A stretch of 64,000 nucleotides of DNA, from assembly GCA_020891255.1 (NCBI GenBank), contig BQFW01000003.1, positions 558,001 to 622,000 of the forward strand, read 5' to 3'. The DNA comes from Entomortierella parvispora E1425. Taxonomy: Eukaryota; Fungi; Mortierellomycota. Below the pieces are notes generated by a model that was given only the letters and a program-made list of their open reading frames with translations, was not told where the DNA came from and ran no database searches. The position numbers and the translations under genes are program-made. Below are positions 23,531 to 36,232 of the stretch, one piece after another. The stretch's first letter is position 1. Each line of letters starts with the position of its first letter.

Positions 23531-24736
23531 ATGTCGTCGTCGTCATCATCAGCATCATCGTCTTCAACCGTTTTGCGCATCGCCATCATCGGAGCCGGCC
23601 TTGGCGGCCTCACTCTCGCCCGCGTTCTTCAGATCCATGGATTCCACCCAGTCGTATACGAGCTGGATGCCTCGGCCACCAGCCGCAACCAAGGTGGCAC
23701 TTTGGACATGCACGTCGAATCCGGTCAGCGTGCTCTCCGAACCGCCGATCTCTGGGCCGAGTTTCAAAAGTTGGTCCGGCTCCAGGGGCAGGATTTCAAA
23801 CTCATTGACAAGTACAACACCATCCTGATCCAAGAAGACAGCTCTCAGTCTATCCATGACCGTCCCGAGGTCGATCGTAGCGCCCTGAAACAAATCCTGC
23901 TGGACTCTATCGACGACAACTTGATCCAATGGGGAACTCGTGTAACAGCCGTCAAACCCGCAGACAATGGCAACAACACCTGGACTGTGGTTTATAACGA
24001 GAATCAGAAGGCGACGTTTGATCTGGTCGTGGGCGCGGATGGCGCCTGGTCCCGCGTGCGCTCGATCCTCTCGGACGCCAAGCCCTTTTACTCTGGAACA
24101 ACTTTGGTAGAGACCCGGTTCGTCCATGTCGATGACAAACACCCAGAGATCTCTGACCTCGTTGGTCAGGGCAATGCCTTCATCGTCTCAGATGGCAAAT
24201 GTATGATGGCCCAACGAAACGGCGACGGCAGCATCCGTAGCTATGTCACAGTGCAGATAGACGAACATTTGCTCCCACAACTCAACTTCCCGAATGCAGA
24301 TGCCGCACGGACGTACCTCTTGGCTCATTTGGAGGACTGGAATGAAAGTCTCCGCGACATGATCAGGAAGTGTGATGAGGATATTATCCCTCGCCCGATT
24401 TATGTTTTGCCCACGCCTCATACCTGGACCCCCAGACCTGGAGTGACGATCATTGGCGATGCGGCTCATTTGATGTCCCCGTTTGCGGGTGAGGGTGCTA
24501 ACCTGGCCATGTGGGACGGAGCTGAGCTTGGTCTCGCCATTGTGGAAGCGTTCAAGTCTGGAAAGGACCTTCATGGTGCAGTCGCAGACTTTGAACAACG
24601 GATGGTTCAGATGAGTGCACCATTGGCTCAAGAGAGTGCCGATAACCTCAGGTTGTTCACATCTCGGGATACGCCCCGGGTGGTCGTTGAATTTTTCTCT
24701 CAGATGGGCCCTGGCGGCCCTCCTCAAGACCACTAA
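23531..24736 (+). CDS. FAD-dependent monooxygenase, Tet(X)-like family, intronless (about 401 aa)
   Basis: IAIIGAGLGGLTLA (Rossmann), NQGGTLDMH, RPEVDR, DLVVGADGAWSRVR, IIGDAAHLMSPFAGEGANLAMWDG, QESADN. These match the Tet(X) motif order recalled as GGTLDLH, PEINR, DAAHLMPPFAGQGVN and EESTQN. Confidence 0.88.
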   Translation: MSSSSSSASSSSTVLRIAIIGAGLGGLTLARVLQIHGFHPVVYELDASATSRNQGGTLDMHVESGQRALRTADLWAEFQKLVRLQGQDFKLIDKYNTILIQEDSSQSIHDRPEVDRSALKQILLDSIDDNLIQWGTRVTAVKPADNGNNTWTVVYNENQKATFDLVVGADGAWSRVRSILSDAKPFYSGTTLVETRFVHVDDKHPEISDLVGQGNAFIVSDGKCMMAQRNGDGSIRSYVTVQIDEHLLPQLNFPNADAARTYLLAHLEDWNESLRDMIRKCDEDIIPRPIYVLPTPHTWTPRPGVTIIGDAAHLMSPFAGEGANLAMWDGAELGLAIVEAFKSGKDLHGAVADFEQRMVQMSAPLAQESADNLRLFTSRDTPRVVVEFFSQMGPGGPPQDH

Positions 24737-24901
24737 GCATTTGAAATAAAAAAAAAATAAAATAAAATAAAGAAAAAAGGAGAGGCCATAACAAAGAGTT
24801 TCTCTCGATGGCATTGCGAGACTATATTAAATGAATTAGAAGTAAATTGTGAAATGAAATTGAAAATGAGCTACGGGGGAGACAGGAGATGCTTTTCCAC
24901 T

Positions 24902-27900
24902 TTACTCTCCACGCTCCAAACGGTATCGGGACTCCTCGCCGGGAGCAAAGACGATACCACTGACTTGAGTCTTTCCTGTGGCTGCGTCCAAACCAGCACC
25001 AGTTGTGACCATGGTGATTCCCTGGCGCGACAATCGCGACATTTCCTCGGCGACCAAGCCGCGGTCATCCTGTGGCAGCCAAAGTGGTGTCTGACGGCTG
25101 TACAACGCTGGGTGGTTGTAGGCCTGCTCTTGCAAGCGGCGCAGCTCGGGATCAGTCTCATCCAGCGCATCCACCAACTCGTCCTGCGTGGTAAGGATTA
25201 CTGCTGCATTGCTTCCAGGAGCCGCGGTGGGTTGGGCACGAGGAGGAGCTTGCTGTTGGGGAGGTTGGAATGAATATCTTGAAGCAGAGTCAATGTCAGA
25301 CATGTTGGGGGTAGGGATCCCGGGCAACTGGGAAGACACCTCAGCTCCTTCGTCGTACTCTTGCTTGTCGCCGTGCAGACTTCTGGCAGGAATGGCCAAC
25401 AAGGGGATTTGGTTGATACTCGAGTTCTTCTCGCTTCCAGCCAAGCTAACGGCCGCTGTCTGCTCCTCATCCTGAATCCTGCTGGACGACTGCGCGTCCT
25501 TGCCATCTGTCACGACACCGTCCTGATCCACCGACAACTCCTTCGAGAACAAGGCCACGGGCAAGAAGGTCACCAGTGGATCAAAGGCCTCGCTCAAGTT
25601 CACGTAGGACAGCGCCGTTGCAACAATCAAGATGAACAACAGGACCAAATGTGGGATCACATTGAATTTGGCCTGGTTCAACAAGAAGATGGCAAAGATC
25701 GTCACCTCAAAGATGAACACACCAGCATAGGCCTGTCGGACGGCCACAGGGAAAGCAAGACCGCCAGACTCGGTTGGTTGGAGGTAAACATACAAGAATT
25801 GATGGCGGTATACGAAATAGTACATGGTGAAATAGAGCACCACAAATGGCAGGACCAGAGGCGCAATGGTCGAGTAAAGCATTCCGATAGCAAACATGAT
25901 GGTCTGAGGCGGGAAGAGAACTCCATAGTTGACAGAGCTGAGACGACCTTGAACATTCCAGATCTGACGAGGACTCTTGGCCAAGAGCTTGGTGAACAGG
26001 AAGTTGAGGACCAAAGGCGCAATTTGCACTAGAAAGTACATGAAAGGGAAAGGAGGGTCAGATAACTTGATCAAGAAAACAGCACATCAAACACGACCTC
26101 TGGCATCAGAAATGTCAACTTACAGAGCTCCATCATAGGCCCCGTGGTTCCTTGAAGCAATGCATAGGTCAAGAAGAAAGTCGACGCGCCTGGCATCTTG
26201 TTGGCAATGATGGTCAAAATTTCAATGGGACTGAATCCTTGGCCCTTGACGTCTGAGAATGTTTGGATGAATCCTCCTGAAATAGTCGACACCAGGAGCA
26301 CGTTGACAACCAAGAAAAAGAAGTACTTGGACATGACGGACCGCGTGATGCCACTGTAACGAACATGGCCCTCAAATGTCGACATCATGGTCAGCATGAT
26401 GGGCAACAGCGCCATCAGGATGGCCAAGAACAGAGGAGGCAAGATACCCTGGATGATACCGATAATGGCCGACGGCAAGTCCCTCAGGACCTTCAAGAAC
26501 GGCAAGAGAGAAATCAAGGCGTCAATGCTGGCAATACCAGAGACAAAGACCACAGGAATCGACCAAAGCAGCACCAGCGCTGTTGCGGCGCCAAAAGAAA
26601 TCAATTCGCGGCCCTTCTTTGTCAGCGTATTCAAGTTCAAATTGTCCCAGACAACATCCAAAGGAGAAACCTCGGCAAACATCGGCGCCATGCTGAATGG
26701 CGTAGGGTGCACTACAGTTTGGACTGCACTGTGGGCAGCAAATTGGTTGTGAAACTGAATAAAGGCCGAGTTTAGAGAGGGGCTAGCATCTGCCTCGAGT
26801 TGTGCTTGCTCAATCTCCCTGTTCAAGACCGCCAATTTTTCCGTGTAAAAGGAGATCAAATCCACCTTTGGCCCCTTGAACGGAATACTGGATGTGCGGC
26901 CCATGGGTCGAACGGGCTCCACTTCGGTCACATCCTTGGACTCCTTCTTGGCCTTCTTGGCATCATAGGCGGATACCACAAAGCTGTACTCGGCAGACTC
27001 GAGCTTGAGCGCAACCGCATCACGTTCTTTGCACAGCTTGGCCAGTTTCTCAGGGTTGCGATTTAACCAGATCGATCGGATACCACCCGGGAAGCGATTG
27101 AAAATATTGAAGAGAGCGTCTCGGTTGTTGAGACCCTTGGGGATGGAGGTGACCAGGATGGTGGTTGACTGGGGTGTCTTTGCGTGTTTCTCACTCATCA
27201 GGTAGGCGTGGCGACGCTGGGTGTAGATGTGCATCTCGCGCCAAAGCACTGCAACCGTGGTGCCTAAATGGAAAAAGGTTGCAAGCGTCAGTCCAACTGT
27301 CCAACCGTCCAACCGTCTCTTTATTTCACCTGCAACAGAGCGCTTTTTTTTCGTCATTATGACTGTGCTAGGACACACAGGTACTTACCAGAAAAGATGA
27401 TCGTCAAGATCAAATGGAACCAAAGGCGCCAGTTCTCGGCGACATTTCCCATCGTCATGACACCCAGACCACTAACGCCAACCCCTTTGATGACGTTGAC
27501 GGGGATGAGGATAGGGATCGCTAGCAGCGTGAAGCCAGAGAAGAGGAGGCTAAAAATGAAGGGGAGAGGAAACAAGAAAAAAGTCAGTCAATTTTTTGCT
27601 CAGACTGAAGGGGGCAAGAACTTAATTCAATAGTCAGAGCAGCAACCTTCACTTACGCAGACATTCTCAGAAAGCGCAGGAACATGTAGGCGTCCAAACC
27701 GACGCGGTCCACCAGCACATTGTCGCTGACACTGAAGGAGGCCGTGATCCAGGTGAAGGCGCCGCTTGGCATCTCCGGGGATCGGATGCTGTAAGAATGA
27801 GCCAAAAAAGGTCAGATTCGGATTAGAAACAGAGTGATGGCCAGCTGAAACATCAGGACAGGACCCTGCACCCTCTGGTGACCACATTGCACTGTCAGAG

Positions 27901-28127
27901 CGCGTTGTCCTTCTGGCTCCCCTCTCTTCTTTTTGGGTGACTTACTCTGCGTTGACGAGGTAGGTACGGGGCTGGTAGATCCTCTTGGACCAGTGCCGGG
28001 TGATGCAGAATGCACCAAAGACAGCCACCGCCACGGCACTGTTGAATATCAGGGCAGTGACAAAGGTGCTGACAGAGGCATTCACGGTGCCATCGGCAGA
28101 GCTGGTGCTGTTGTTGTTATCACTCAT
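24902..28127 (-). CDS. OSCA/TMEM63/CSC1 family mechanosensitive cation channel (RSN1/PHM7-like), 5 exons
   Basis: SVSTFVTALIFN, IYQPRTYL, GLDAYMFLRF, ILIPVN, WFHLILT, TILVTSIP, SAFIQFH, DVVWDNL, IIQGILPP, SKYFFFLVVNVLLV, TFFLTYALLQG, YSTIAPLVLPF, YRHQFLYVY..ESGG. Confidence 0.92.
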
Positions 28128-28299
28128 GGTCTTTTTCTTTCTTTCGTCCGTTGGCAGCTAGTGTTGCGTGCCAGACTGACTGGTGGTTGGGCCGGAGTAG
28201 GGGTTAGGGTAGGAGTGGAAAGTGAAGGAGAGGGGCAAAGGTCGAGTTGCTTTGTTCGTTGGTCTCTGTTTTTGTTCCTGAAGGACGAGGAATGGAGAG

Positions 28300-28500
28300 A
28301 GGAGGAAGGGAAACGAATGCAGGAATGCAAGCAAGGGACGACAGAATGGAGATGAGCGAGGAGTAGGAAAGAAAGGAGGAGAGGAGAGAAAGAAGAAGGG
28401 GGCAGACGGGGGAAGGAAGAGGGTCTGCAGCGAGACCAAAGGAGAAGTGGAGAGAAGAGAGACAGAAAGACAGAGAGTGGAAAAAAAAGACTTCGAGACA
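28300..28500. repeat. GA-rich tract upstream of the OSCA gene
   Basis: Purine-rich on +, so a CT-rich leader on the sense strand. Confidence 0.55.
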
Positions 28501-29373
28501 AAAAGACGTGGGCCGAGGGGTCCAAATATGCACAGATTGACAGCAGAGCAGATACAGGATGAAGGTCAGTCTCTCATCCCAGCAGTCGAGAGCACTTTTC
28601 TTTTGTGTCCCCTCATCGGACAATTGACCATGATAATGATGACAAGGATGATAATGCACTGTGCGCTCTTTCCAACTCAGCAGCCGATCCCTTCATCCCC
28701 GTCCGGGCAGTAACAGGGTTCGCTTTCCTTGGAGCTGGCCCTGGATCTTTTCTGGACCTTGTCCTACCCTGGGCATACACAAGGACACAAGAAAACACAA
28801 AGAAGGGTCTGGATGCATGGTCTGTTCTTCTTCCTCTTGTCTTTCGCTCGTGCAGCTCGTGCAGCCGTACCGTTTGTCTTTTTTGTTTTTTGTTTGCTAT
28901 TCCCGATGCACCACACCATTAAGGTTCCTTGGTCCTCGTCCCTCCATTTTGAGACACAGCATGTGTGGCTGTCTGGAAAAAAGCTCCTTTATCCAGATTA
29001 CTTCAGCACGCGCGCGGTTTTTGAGCGGACTCTGACCAGTGTCTTGGAGATGCTCCCTCCTCCTTTCCTCCCTTTTGTTCTTCCGCCCCGTTCTAGAGAT
29101 CCGCTCCAGATCTTCTCCGGACATCCTTGTACCCATCTCTGCAGAGCGCACTGTCCACAGTATTCTTTGGCGTTTGTTCTTTCACACCCATCCTGTGGGT
29201 TCATTCTTTGGCATGGCGCAAACAGTGTGATTTTTTTTTTTTTTTTTTTTAGAATGGTCTTTTTGATCCCGAAGGCAAATAAAGTCAAAGAGCCAGGTAT
29301 GCCAGCAGGTATGCCGGTCTTTTTTCCTGTGCTCACGCATTCTTTCCTTACCACCAGTAGGCAGCCAGATGCT

Positions 29374-31197
29374 TCAACGCATCGTATTTCCCTTCCCTTG
29401 GAACGGAATCAACTCTGGCTTGCTCTCGCTCGTCGTGGGCGCGGCTGCTGGCGCAGGCTGGGCAGGTGTGGATGCCCGAGAGGTGCCTCCTGCACTCGAT
29501 ATGACAGAGGGACTCGGCGAATTGGCCCCACTTCCTCGTGTGTTAGTCTTGCGTGGGGGCCGAAGTGTCTGACCTGATCCCTCAAACACCGGCTCCTTTT
29601 TGGCTTTTTCCGCCTCTGCTGCTTCTTCCTCTGCTGATTTAGGCGCTACATATTTGTAACCGAAAAACAAATGGCCCAAAGGTAGGTTCAGGGCTGCAGG
29701 GGCTGCGGCTCCATCCTGATCCAGAATGTCGACCGGCTTTTCCTTTCCTGTTGCTGTACTGGCAGTACTCGGTGTAGGGGATGCAACTTTGTTGACCGTT
29801 TTGCTGGATCAATTGAAAATGACAAAGTCAGCTCTTTGTGTGACAGTGCATCTCTCCACAGCTGTGCTTTAAAATAGGCGTGGAGCCACTGGTTACCTCT
29901 TGCTGCCTGCTACGGTATTGGAGAGTCGCTGTCCTTGACCCTCAAAGGGAACCTTCTTTGCGCTATCTGGTGTTGCCATCCTTTCCTCCACTTCCTTGCG
30001 CAACTTACTCTCCTAAGATAGAGAAAAAGGACAAAAGACAAAAGTTTAGTCCGCGATTCCTTCCACTGTTCCAAAGTTGATGGCTTTTGAACCCTCGTAT
30101 CCTGCCAAGCCCATTCTATTACCATGATAGGACGGCTCCGGGGTTGTGGGGTGGGCTCCTGGTATCCAACAGGGGGCGCGAAATCCACCTCGAGATCCGT
30201 CTCCACAATCGAAATGCCGACTCCAGGTGGTTTGATTTCCATCACCAAAATGCCGTAAATCTTGTCATTGTATGAAATCTCAATGTTGTCGCCCTGAGTC
30301 AAAGTCGAAAAGTTACGCAGCGCATTCTCTAGTCTGAAAGGTCACATTAAAAACAGCATGAGTTATCTCTGCTTGTTTCATCCTGCCTTTTAGTTTAGCG
30401 GTGATACCCGGCCGCAAAATAAGCTTACACTGCCTTGGGATCGCTGATATCCAAAAAGTCGACACTCTGAGGCTGAATCTTGACAAAACTTCCCAGGGGT
30501 AATCCTGCGCTTTTCACCGTTACGAGGTCCCCCTCATTCAACACCAACGTTTTCATCATCTAAACGATCCAAAATTGACAGAGCACCAATTATGTTAGAT
30601 GTCAACTTTCAGATGTTGCCCAGTAGCTTCCTGCGAGATTTTCAAGTCCAATTATTGAGGTGGATAGTCGTACCCAGTGTGGCAAGTAAACGCGCCCTTC
30701 CTCAGCAATAAACTCGAGAACTCCAGCATGTGTCTTTTGTGCGCCCTTCGAGAGTTCAAACAACATAGGGTATTGGATATGAAGAGAAGCTACATTGTGT
30801 CAACAGAAAAAAAGAACGGGCACGTTAGAGAGGAATGTGGTCGTCTGGTGCCAGGACATAAAAGGCGGTCAGAGTGCGCTCATACCGAGCTTGGCCAGAG
30901 CGGACTGCGGAAGGATAACTATGGGGGCAGGGGTAAAGGTGAGTCGACAGTAAGTATGTGGCCTCATCATCCCTGTCAGCTATCTACATCTCTTTTGATC
31001 TTATCAAGGCGCCCTCTTGAACTGGCAAATTGAAAGATATTCTGCAGCGTACTTTTTCCACCATTGTTCACATTCTGACGTTCATTGCCCTGCATCATTG
31101 CGACGGAGTAGCAACGGTATTGCTCGCTGAATCCACCGCCTCGGGAGCCCATGCCGAATCCTCCATAAGAAGGGTAGTCATCATAGCCGCTATACAT
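29374..31197 (-). CDS. UFD1: Ubiquitin fusion degradation protein 1, multi-exon
   Basis: [17 protein letters not shown]|[11 protein letters not shown]|[53 protein letters not shown]|[29 protein letters not shown], and SHP-type motifs FEGSGQTL and FQGKGNTM. Confidence 0.95.
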
Positions 31198-31449
31198 TTG
31201 GAAAGTGCGTGTGTTCGAATGTGTGCGGTCTAAAGTTGAGGGCGGAGAGTCTGATGTAGAGAAGGAAATGAAAATGAATGTGCGCTTGCGTGTTCTGAGC
31301 ACGTGATATCGACGCGCGTTTTTTTGTTGCACAACGATCCCTCGAGGGATTCTGTGGGCCACATTTTATTAAAATTACAAGAGTTTGGTAGTACTAAGAG
31401 GCGTTGCGGATGAAATCGTGAGGGTGTCATAAGAGGGTAAGAGGTATAT

Positions 31450-34400
31450 TCATTTCATCATTTTTTCCATCAAGAGCCGCTCCAGTTCGTCCACCATCGC
31501 ATTCAGTCGTTTGATCTCGACGTTTGCGTCGCCAATCACCAATTGGTCACTCGACGATGACGGGTCGGCGCCCCGCTGGCCTGCGCCATTTCTCCCCCCT
31601 GGCTGAGTAGGACTAACGCGATGGAGGTTTGTGCTGCTATTGTTGTTAGGATGATGGTCGCGATTGTGGTGGTGATGGTTTGTGTGTTGGTTGTCCATGT
31701 CGCGTGCGATTTGAAGGTCCAGCTCCAAAAGGCTCTCGTTGAGGACCAAATTCAGATCCGAGTGGTTCTTGTGAATTGTGTGAGATGCGTCGTTGTTAGT
31801 GTTGGCCTTGGACCGAATTACGTTCAGTCCTCGAGGACGAGAGTCCTGATGGCTGTTAAGGTTGTCGTTGTGGTAATCACGCGTCCGAGCCCGGCGAGGC
31901 GCAGATCCATCGCTAGATTCTGAGGACATTCGGCTAATGGGTGGTGGTCTTGGAGGCTGAGAGACAACCGCGCTGCTGTTGGCCAACGTCATGGCTGTAA
32001 ACTCTAATGCCTTGTCCTTGGCCAACTCAGCCTGCTCGGCCTTGACCTTGTGTTCGTGTGCGTTCGCCTCCAAGGCTCTGAATCCATTTTCAATTTGGGA
32101 TTGAAGTTGCTCCAGCTGCTTCATCAGCACCATAGATGAAGGCGACTCGGACCGTCGTACAGAGTTGTCCACACCGAGCTTTCTCTGAACGGACGCAGAG
32201 AATTCCTCGGTCCAGAGCTTGACCATTCGCAATTGACCTTCCAGATCAACGACTCGCTCGTCCTTCTTCAAGATCTCCTCGGTCAACTCTTTCATGTAGT
32301 TCTCCACTGACAACAACTGCTGCTCCTGTTGGCTCTTGCTCATAGCGGGCGACGGAAGTCCAGGAGGAGTTCCGAGAGGGCGATTGCGAAGCAAATGCTC
32401 ATAGCTGTTTTGAGCAGGCGAGGCTTCTGAAGCATTCCCATTGGCAAGCCCTTGAAGCTCATCCAAACCAGGTGGGCTTGGGAAAATCATGCTTTGAATT
32501 CGGAGGTGTGAGTGCTCCTTCTTCCACTTCAGCTTCTCCTCCTTCTCCTGATCTCTCGCAGTTTCCAACTCGATCACGGTTCTAGAAAGTTCTCGATTCT
32601 CTGCATCCAGTCTCCGCATTCCGGCGTTCAAAACTGCACCCTCGTGTTGAAGAAGCAACCGCTCGATCGCTAGGAGTCTTTCACTAGAACGCAAGGATTT
32701 TTCAACAATCAGGTCCATCTTGCGGGTCGTGGCATGGAGCTGGCCAGTTGTTGCTTTAACGGCATCCAGATTGATATTACTCTCGTGCAGGCGTATCAGT
32801 GAATGCGAGGCGTCACGCATTCTTGTTTCGATGGCCAGCGATGCACTCAGGGCCCTCAAATACCGCTGCAAATCGTCTTGTTCCTAGATATGTTAAAATA
32901 GTTGACTGATAAGTGTCTTTGCCGAGTAACAAACTATGCATTTAGAAAAATCCCGAAGCCTGTGGTGACGCTGGAGATTCATGCATACCTTTCGAAGATT
33001 GTCAACCTCCTCCAGAGAGAGAACCTTGTAGACGCGACTGGCTATCACTGACTGTGTGATAACTTTCTGAATGGTCTGTGGATCCAGTGCCTTCAAAACA
33101 TCTTGTGGCAGAATGCCAATCGATCTTCGGTTATGGGTCACATCTGGCGAAGGGATGACTGGTAATGGGAGCATGTCGATTCCGTATCGAACACGTTCTT
33201 TTTGGCCTTCAGCAGTCTGTATCGGTAGATGAGTCTGTGATGACTGCGCACTACTTGATCCTCTTGCACCTCTAGGTTTATCCTGCGATGTACGCCCGTT
33301 GGAAGAGGAAGAAATAGATCTCGAGAGGGCGATAACACTTTCCCCAGAGGTCATTGGGGCCGCTGCATGTTTTTGAAGAGAGCGATTTCGATGAAGCCGT
33401 TGTCCTATGCGACTCTCGCGGGATCGTGGGGAAGAGCCACCATATCCCTGTCTTGCACTTGGGCGCTGGTAAGTTCTGAGACCAATATGAGCAATATGTT
33501 GAGGTCGTGGAGATGGAGTCCCCTTAGGCGTCGGTGGCAGGTCCTTATTGGTATCCACTGACGAATCGTTGGCCATGGCCTTACGGCGAAGGGACACATT
33601 GCGACGTTGTGTTTCATGATGCTGTTGCTGCTCCAATTGATTCTTCAAGTGAGAGTAAGGCTGATTCTGGAAGGCTTGATGAGACTTGTCGACTACATGG
33701 TTGCTCGGGTGCAGATAGGAGTGGCGGGAATTGGCTAGCTTTTGCTGCTGTTGTCGCTGTATTTGGCGTCGGAGTCGAGTAGCTGCTGTATGACCTTCAC
33801 TCTTGCTGTACTCCAGCTCTGTGGGAGAATCTGTCTCATCTTCTTCCAAAATGGTCTTGGTCTCTCGAGCAGGATAGGGTGCAGTGTTTGATCGTTGGAT
33901 ATAGCGGCCTTCTGACTGCGACCAAATTCCTTGAGCAGGATCCACAACGTTTCCTCCCTCGGTCGCAGCCTTCATTTGAGACAGAATACCACCAGGTTGC
34001 GTCGTGGCCTTGGCGAGCGATGTGGTTTCCTGTGTAGGCTCCGTAATGATTATCTCCTGTGAAGTCGTGTGACAGCCCTTGTTGGCAGCCCTATCTCTAT
34101 CAGGTAGTAAAATACGACTTGTTGACTTGGCTGGAGCAACTGGAGCTATAGGGCCCGATGTAATGGGTGGTAGGTTCAATGTACTGACAGAATTCATAGA
34201 CATGTGGCCAGCATGATCAGTTGGACTGGTATCCTTGAGTTGCTGCCGCTCTGAGGCCTCCTTCTGCGCCTGCTGGACTTGGCGCCAGTCATCCACTGTG
34301 CCACCGTACGCGTCTTGGATGTCCCCGGATGTCACGGATGTCATGGGTTCAGTAGACATGCCTGTAGACGTTTGGTGCTGCTGCTCCTGTTGACGCTGTC

Positions 34401-35721
34401 GAATGTGAAAAGGCCCTGGGTTTGATCGTGGATTGGTAAGTGAGCTTCCTCTTGTAGGCCGAGTCTCAGTGTTGGTTGGCGGCTTGATATCGGGCATGGA
34501 TCGATTGCGGGATAACTCAGCGTCGCCTGTTCTTGCAAAGTAAAAGTCTTCCGATGATCGTGATCCTAGGAAACCGCGGATAGGTGTTAGCTTTTAGAAT
34601 ACGAGAATGTATCATCACATTCGATACATACCTAGTTGAGGCAAGGACTCATTGGGATGCTGGATGACCATTATAGACACTGGAGGTGGATTCTTGTCCT
34701 TTGTGATTCTTTTGCCAATTCCATTTCTCAAAGTGTCTGAAGCCTGCCGTGCGATCCTAAACAGATTGGTGCCAGACATTTTTCGAGAAGGCTCAGCTGG
34801 ATCCTTCTTAGGTTGCTCGGCACTTGTTGCCTCCTCCTGTTGATCTTCCCGGTTCTGATGGGCAGGCTCCTTACGCTGTGTGTGATAAGCCTGCCTGTTG
34901 TATCGTGGCTAATAAATCGAAAATTGAAATTCATGCAAGGTTGCGGGGTACCGTTTATGTCATTAATTATGTGACACAAGACATGACCTTCGGCACTGAT
35001 GTCCAGGAACGAGGGAATGCCTCGTTTTCACTCTTAATTCTTATTTTTTTTCTTTAACTTACGCCATCATCAGAGTCTGACATCAACCGCGCTTCATTCC
35101 TGAGGTCAAAATGGACAGTTGGTGTAGATTTTGGTTGAACGGGGGGAATGGCACTTGCGTCAGCAGGCCTGGGTGGAACGGTAGGGATGGAGTCTTCTGG
35201 CTGTGGTCTCTCTGTTTGTGAATTGTTCTCAGTAATATGACTCACAGGTGGATGCACCTGTAACTGCTGAAGTGGATATTGTTGTTGTTGTTGCTGCTGC
35301 TGATGCAATGGCTGAGGTAGTGGCTGTGATATTGGAAGTTGTTGAATTTGTTGTTGCTGCTGGACTTGTTGTTGCTGGTGCTGCTGTTGCGGGGACGGCT
35401 GCAAGAACTGATGCAATTGAGATTGCAGAGGGGATCCTGTTTGTAACATCTGAAGTTGTGGTGCCTGCTGCTGTTGCTGTTGAAATTGCTGCTGCTGTTG
35501 CAATGGTGGAGTTTGTTGCAGGAATTGATGTTGTGCAACCTGTTGTTGCAGTGGCGGTGTTTGCTGCTGAAATTGCTGCTGCTGCTGAAGAGGCGGCGTT
35601 TGTTGCAGGAACTGATGCTGCACAACTTGTTGCTGCAGTGGCGGCGTTTGCTGTATAAACTGCTGCTGTTGAGTTTGAAGTGGGGATCCTGTTTGCAGAA
35701 ACTGAAGTTGCTGAACTTGGG

Positions 35722-35752
<31 letters not shown>

Positions 35753-36232
35753 TTGTTGCTGTAACTCTTGCAGTTGCTGCTCCAATTGTTGCTGCTGCAA
35801 CATCAGTTGTTGTCGTTGTTGTTGCAGCATTGTTTGCGATTGCGCCTGCTGCTGTTGCTGTTGCACTGGTTGCTGCTGCTGCTGTTGTTGTTGTTGTTGC
35901 TGTTGTTGTTGTTGTTGTTGTTGTTGCTGCTGCTGCTGGGATCCCGCCTCGGGATACCGTGGCTGAAACTGACTCGCCGGCACAAAGGGATTGGTCTGTG
36001 TCGGGTGGGTATAATAGACCGAGGAACCGTTGCGACTCCCCATCGACAAGCTTTCAGAAGTCAAAAGCGAGATTTGCGATGCTTCTGCCGACGGCAACGG
36101 TGGCCCAAACGGCGACTCGATCACCGTCACCTTCTGGGGCGCGGTTGGCGTTGAATCTTGGTAGAAGGTGTAGGGCCTCTCAATGGGCAGGCCCTTTTTG
36201 CTCAAGGGAGGAGCATACGCGACCACCTCCAT
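31450..36232 (-). CDS. Large Q-rich/disordered protein with a Uds1 (up-regulated during septation) coiled-coil domain, 4 exons
   Basis: ORFs 35054-36430, 32893-34497 and 31450-32871 are joined in phase by GT-AG introns (about 35062-34910, 34633-34569 and 32997-32884) via a bridging exon (PRYNRQAY...ESLPQL|GSRSSEDF...RSMPDIK). The Uds1-like segment is LSLEEVDNLRK..LSASLAIETRMRDASHSL..ERLLLQHEGAVL. The start at MEVVAYAPP is uncertain. Confidence 0.75.
35270..35940 (-). repeat. CAG/CAA polyglutamine tracts with an internal ~87-bp duplicated unit (QQTPPLQQQ repeats)
   Basis: About 25 consecutive Gln codons at about 35865-35939. Four QQTPPLQQQ units and two QLQxLQTGSPLQxQ units. Confidence 0.85.
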
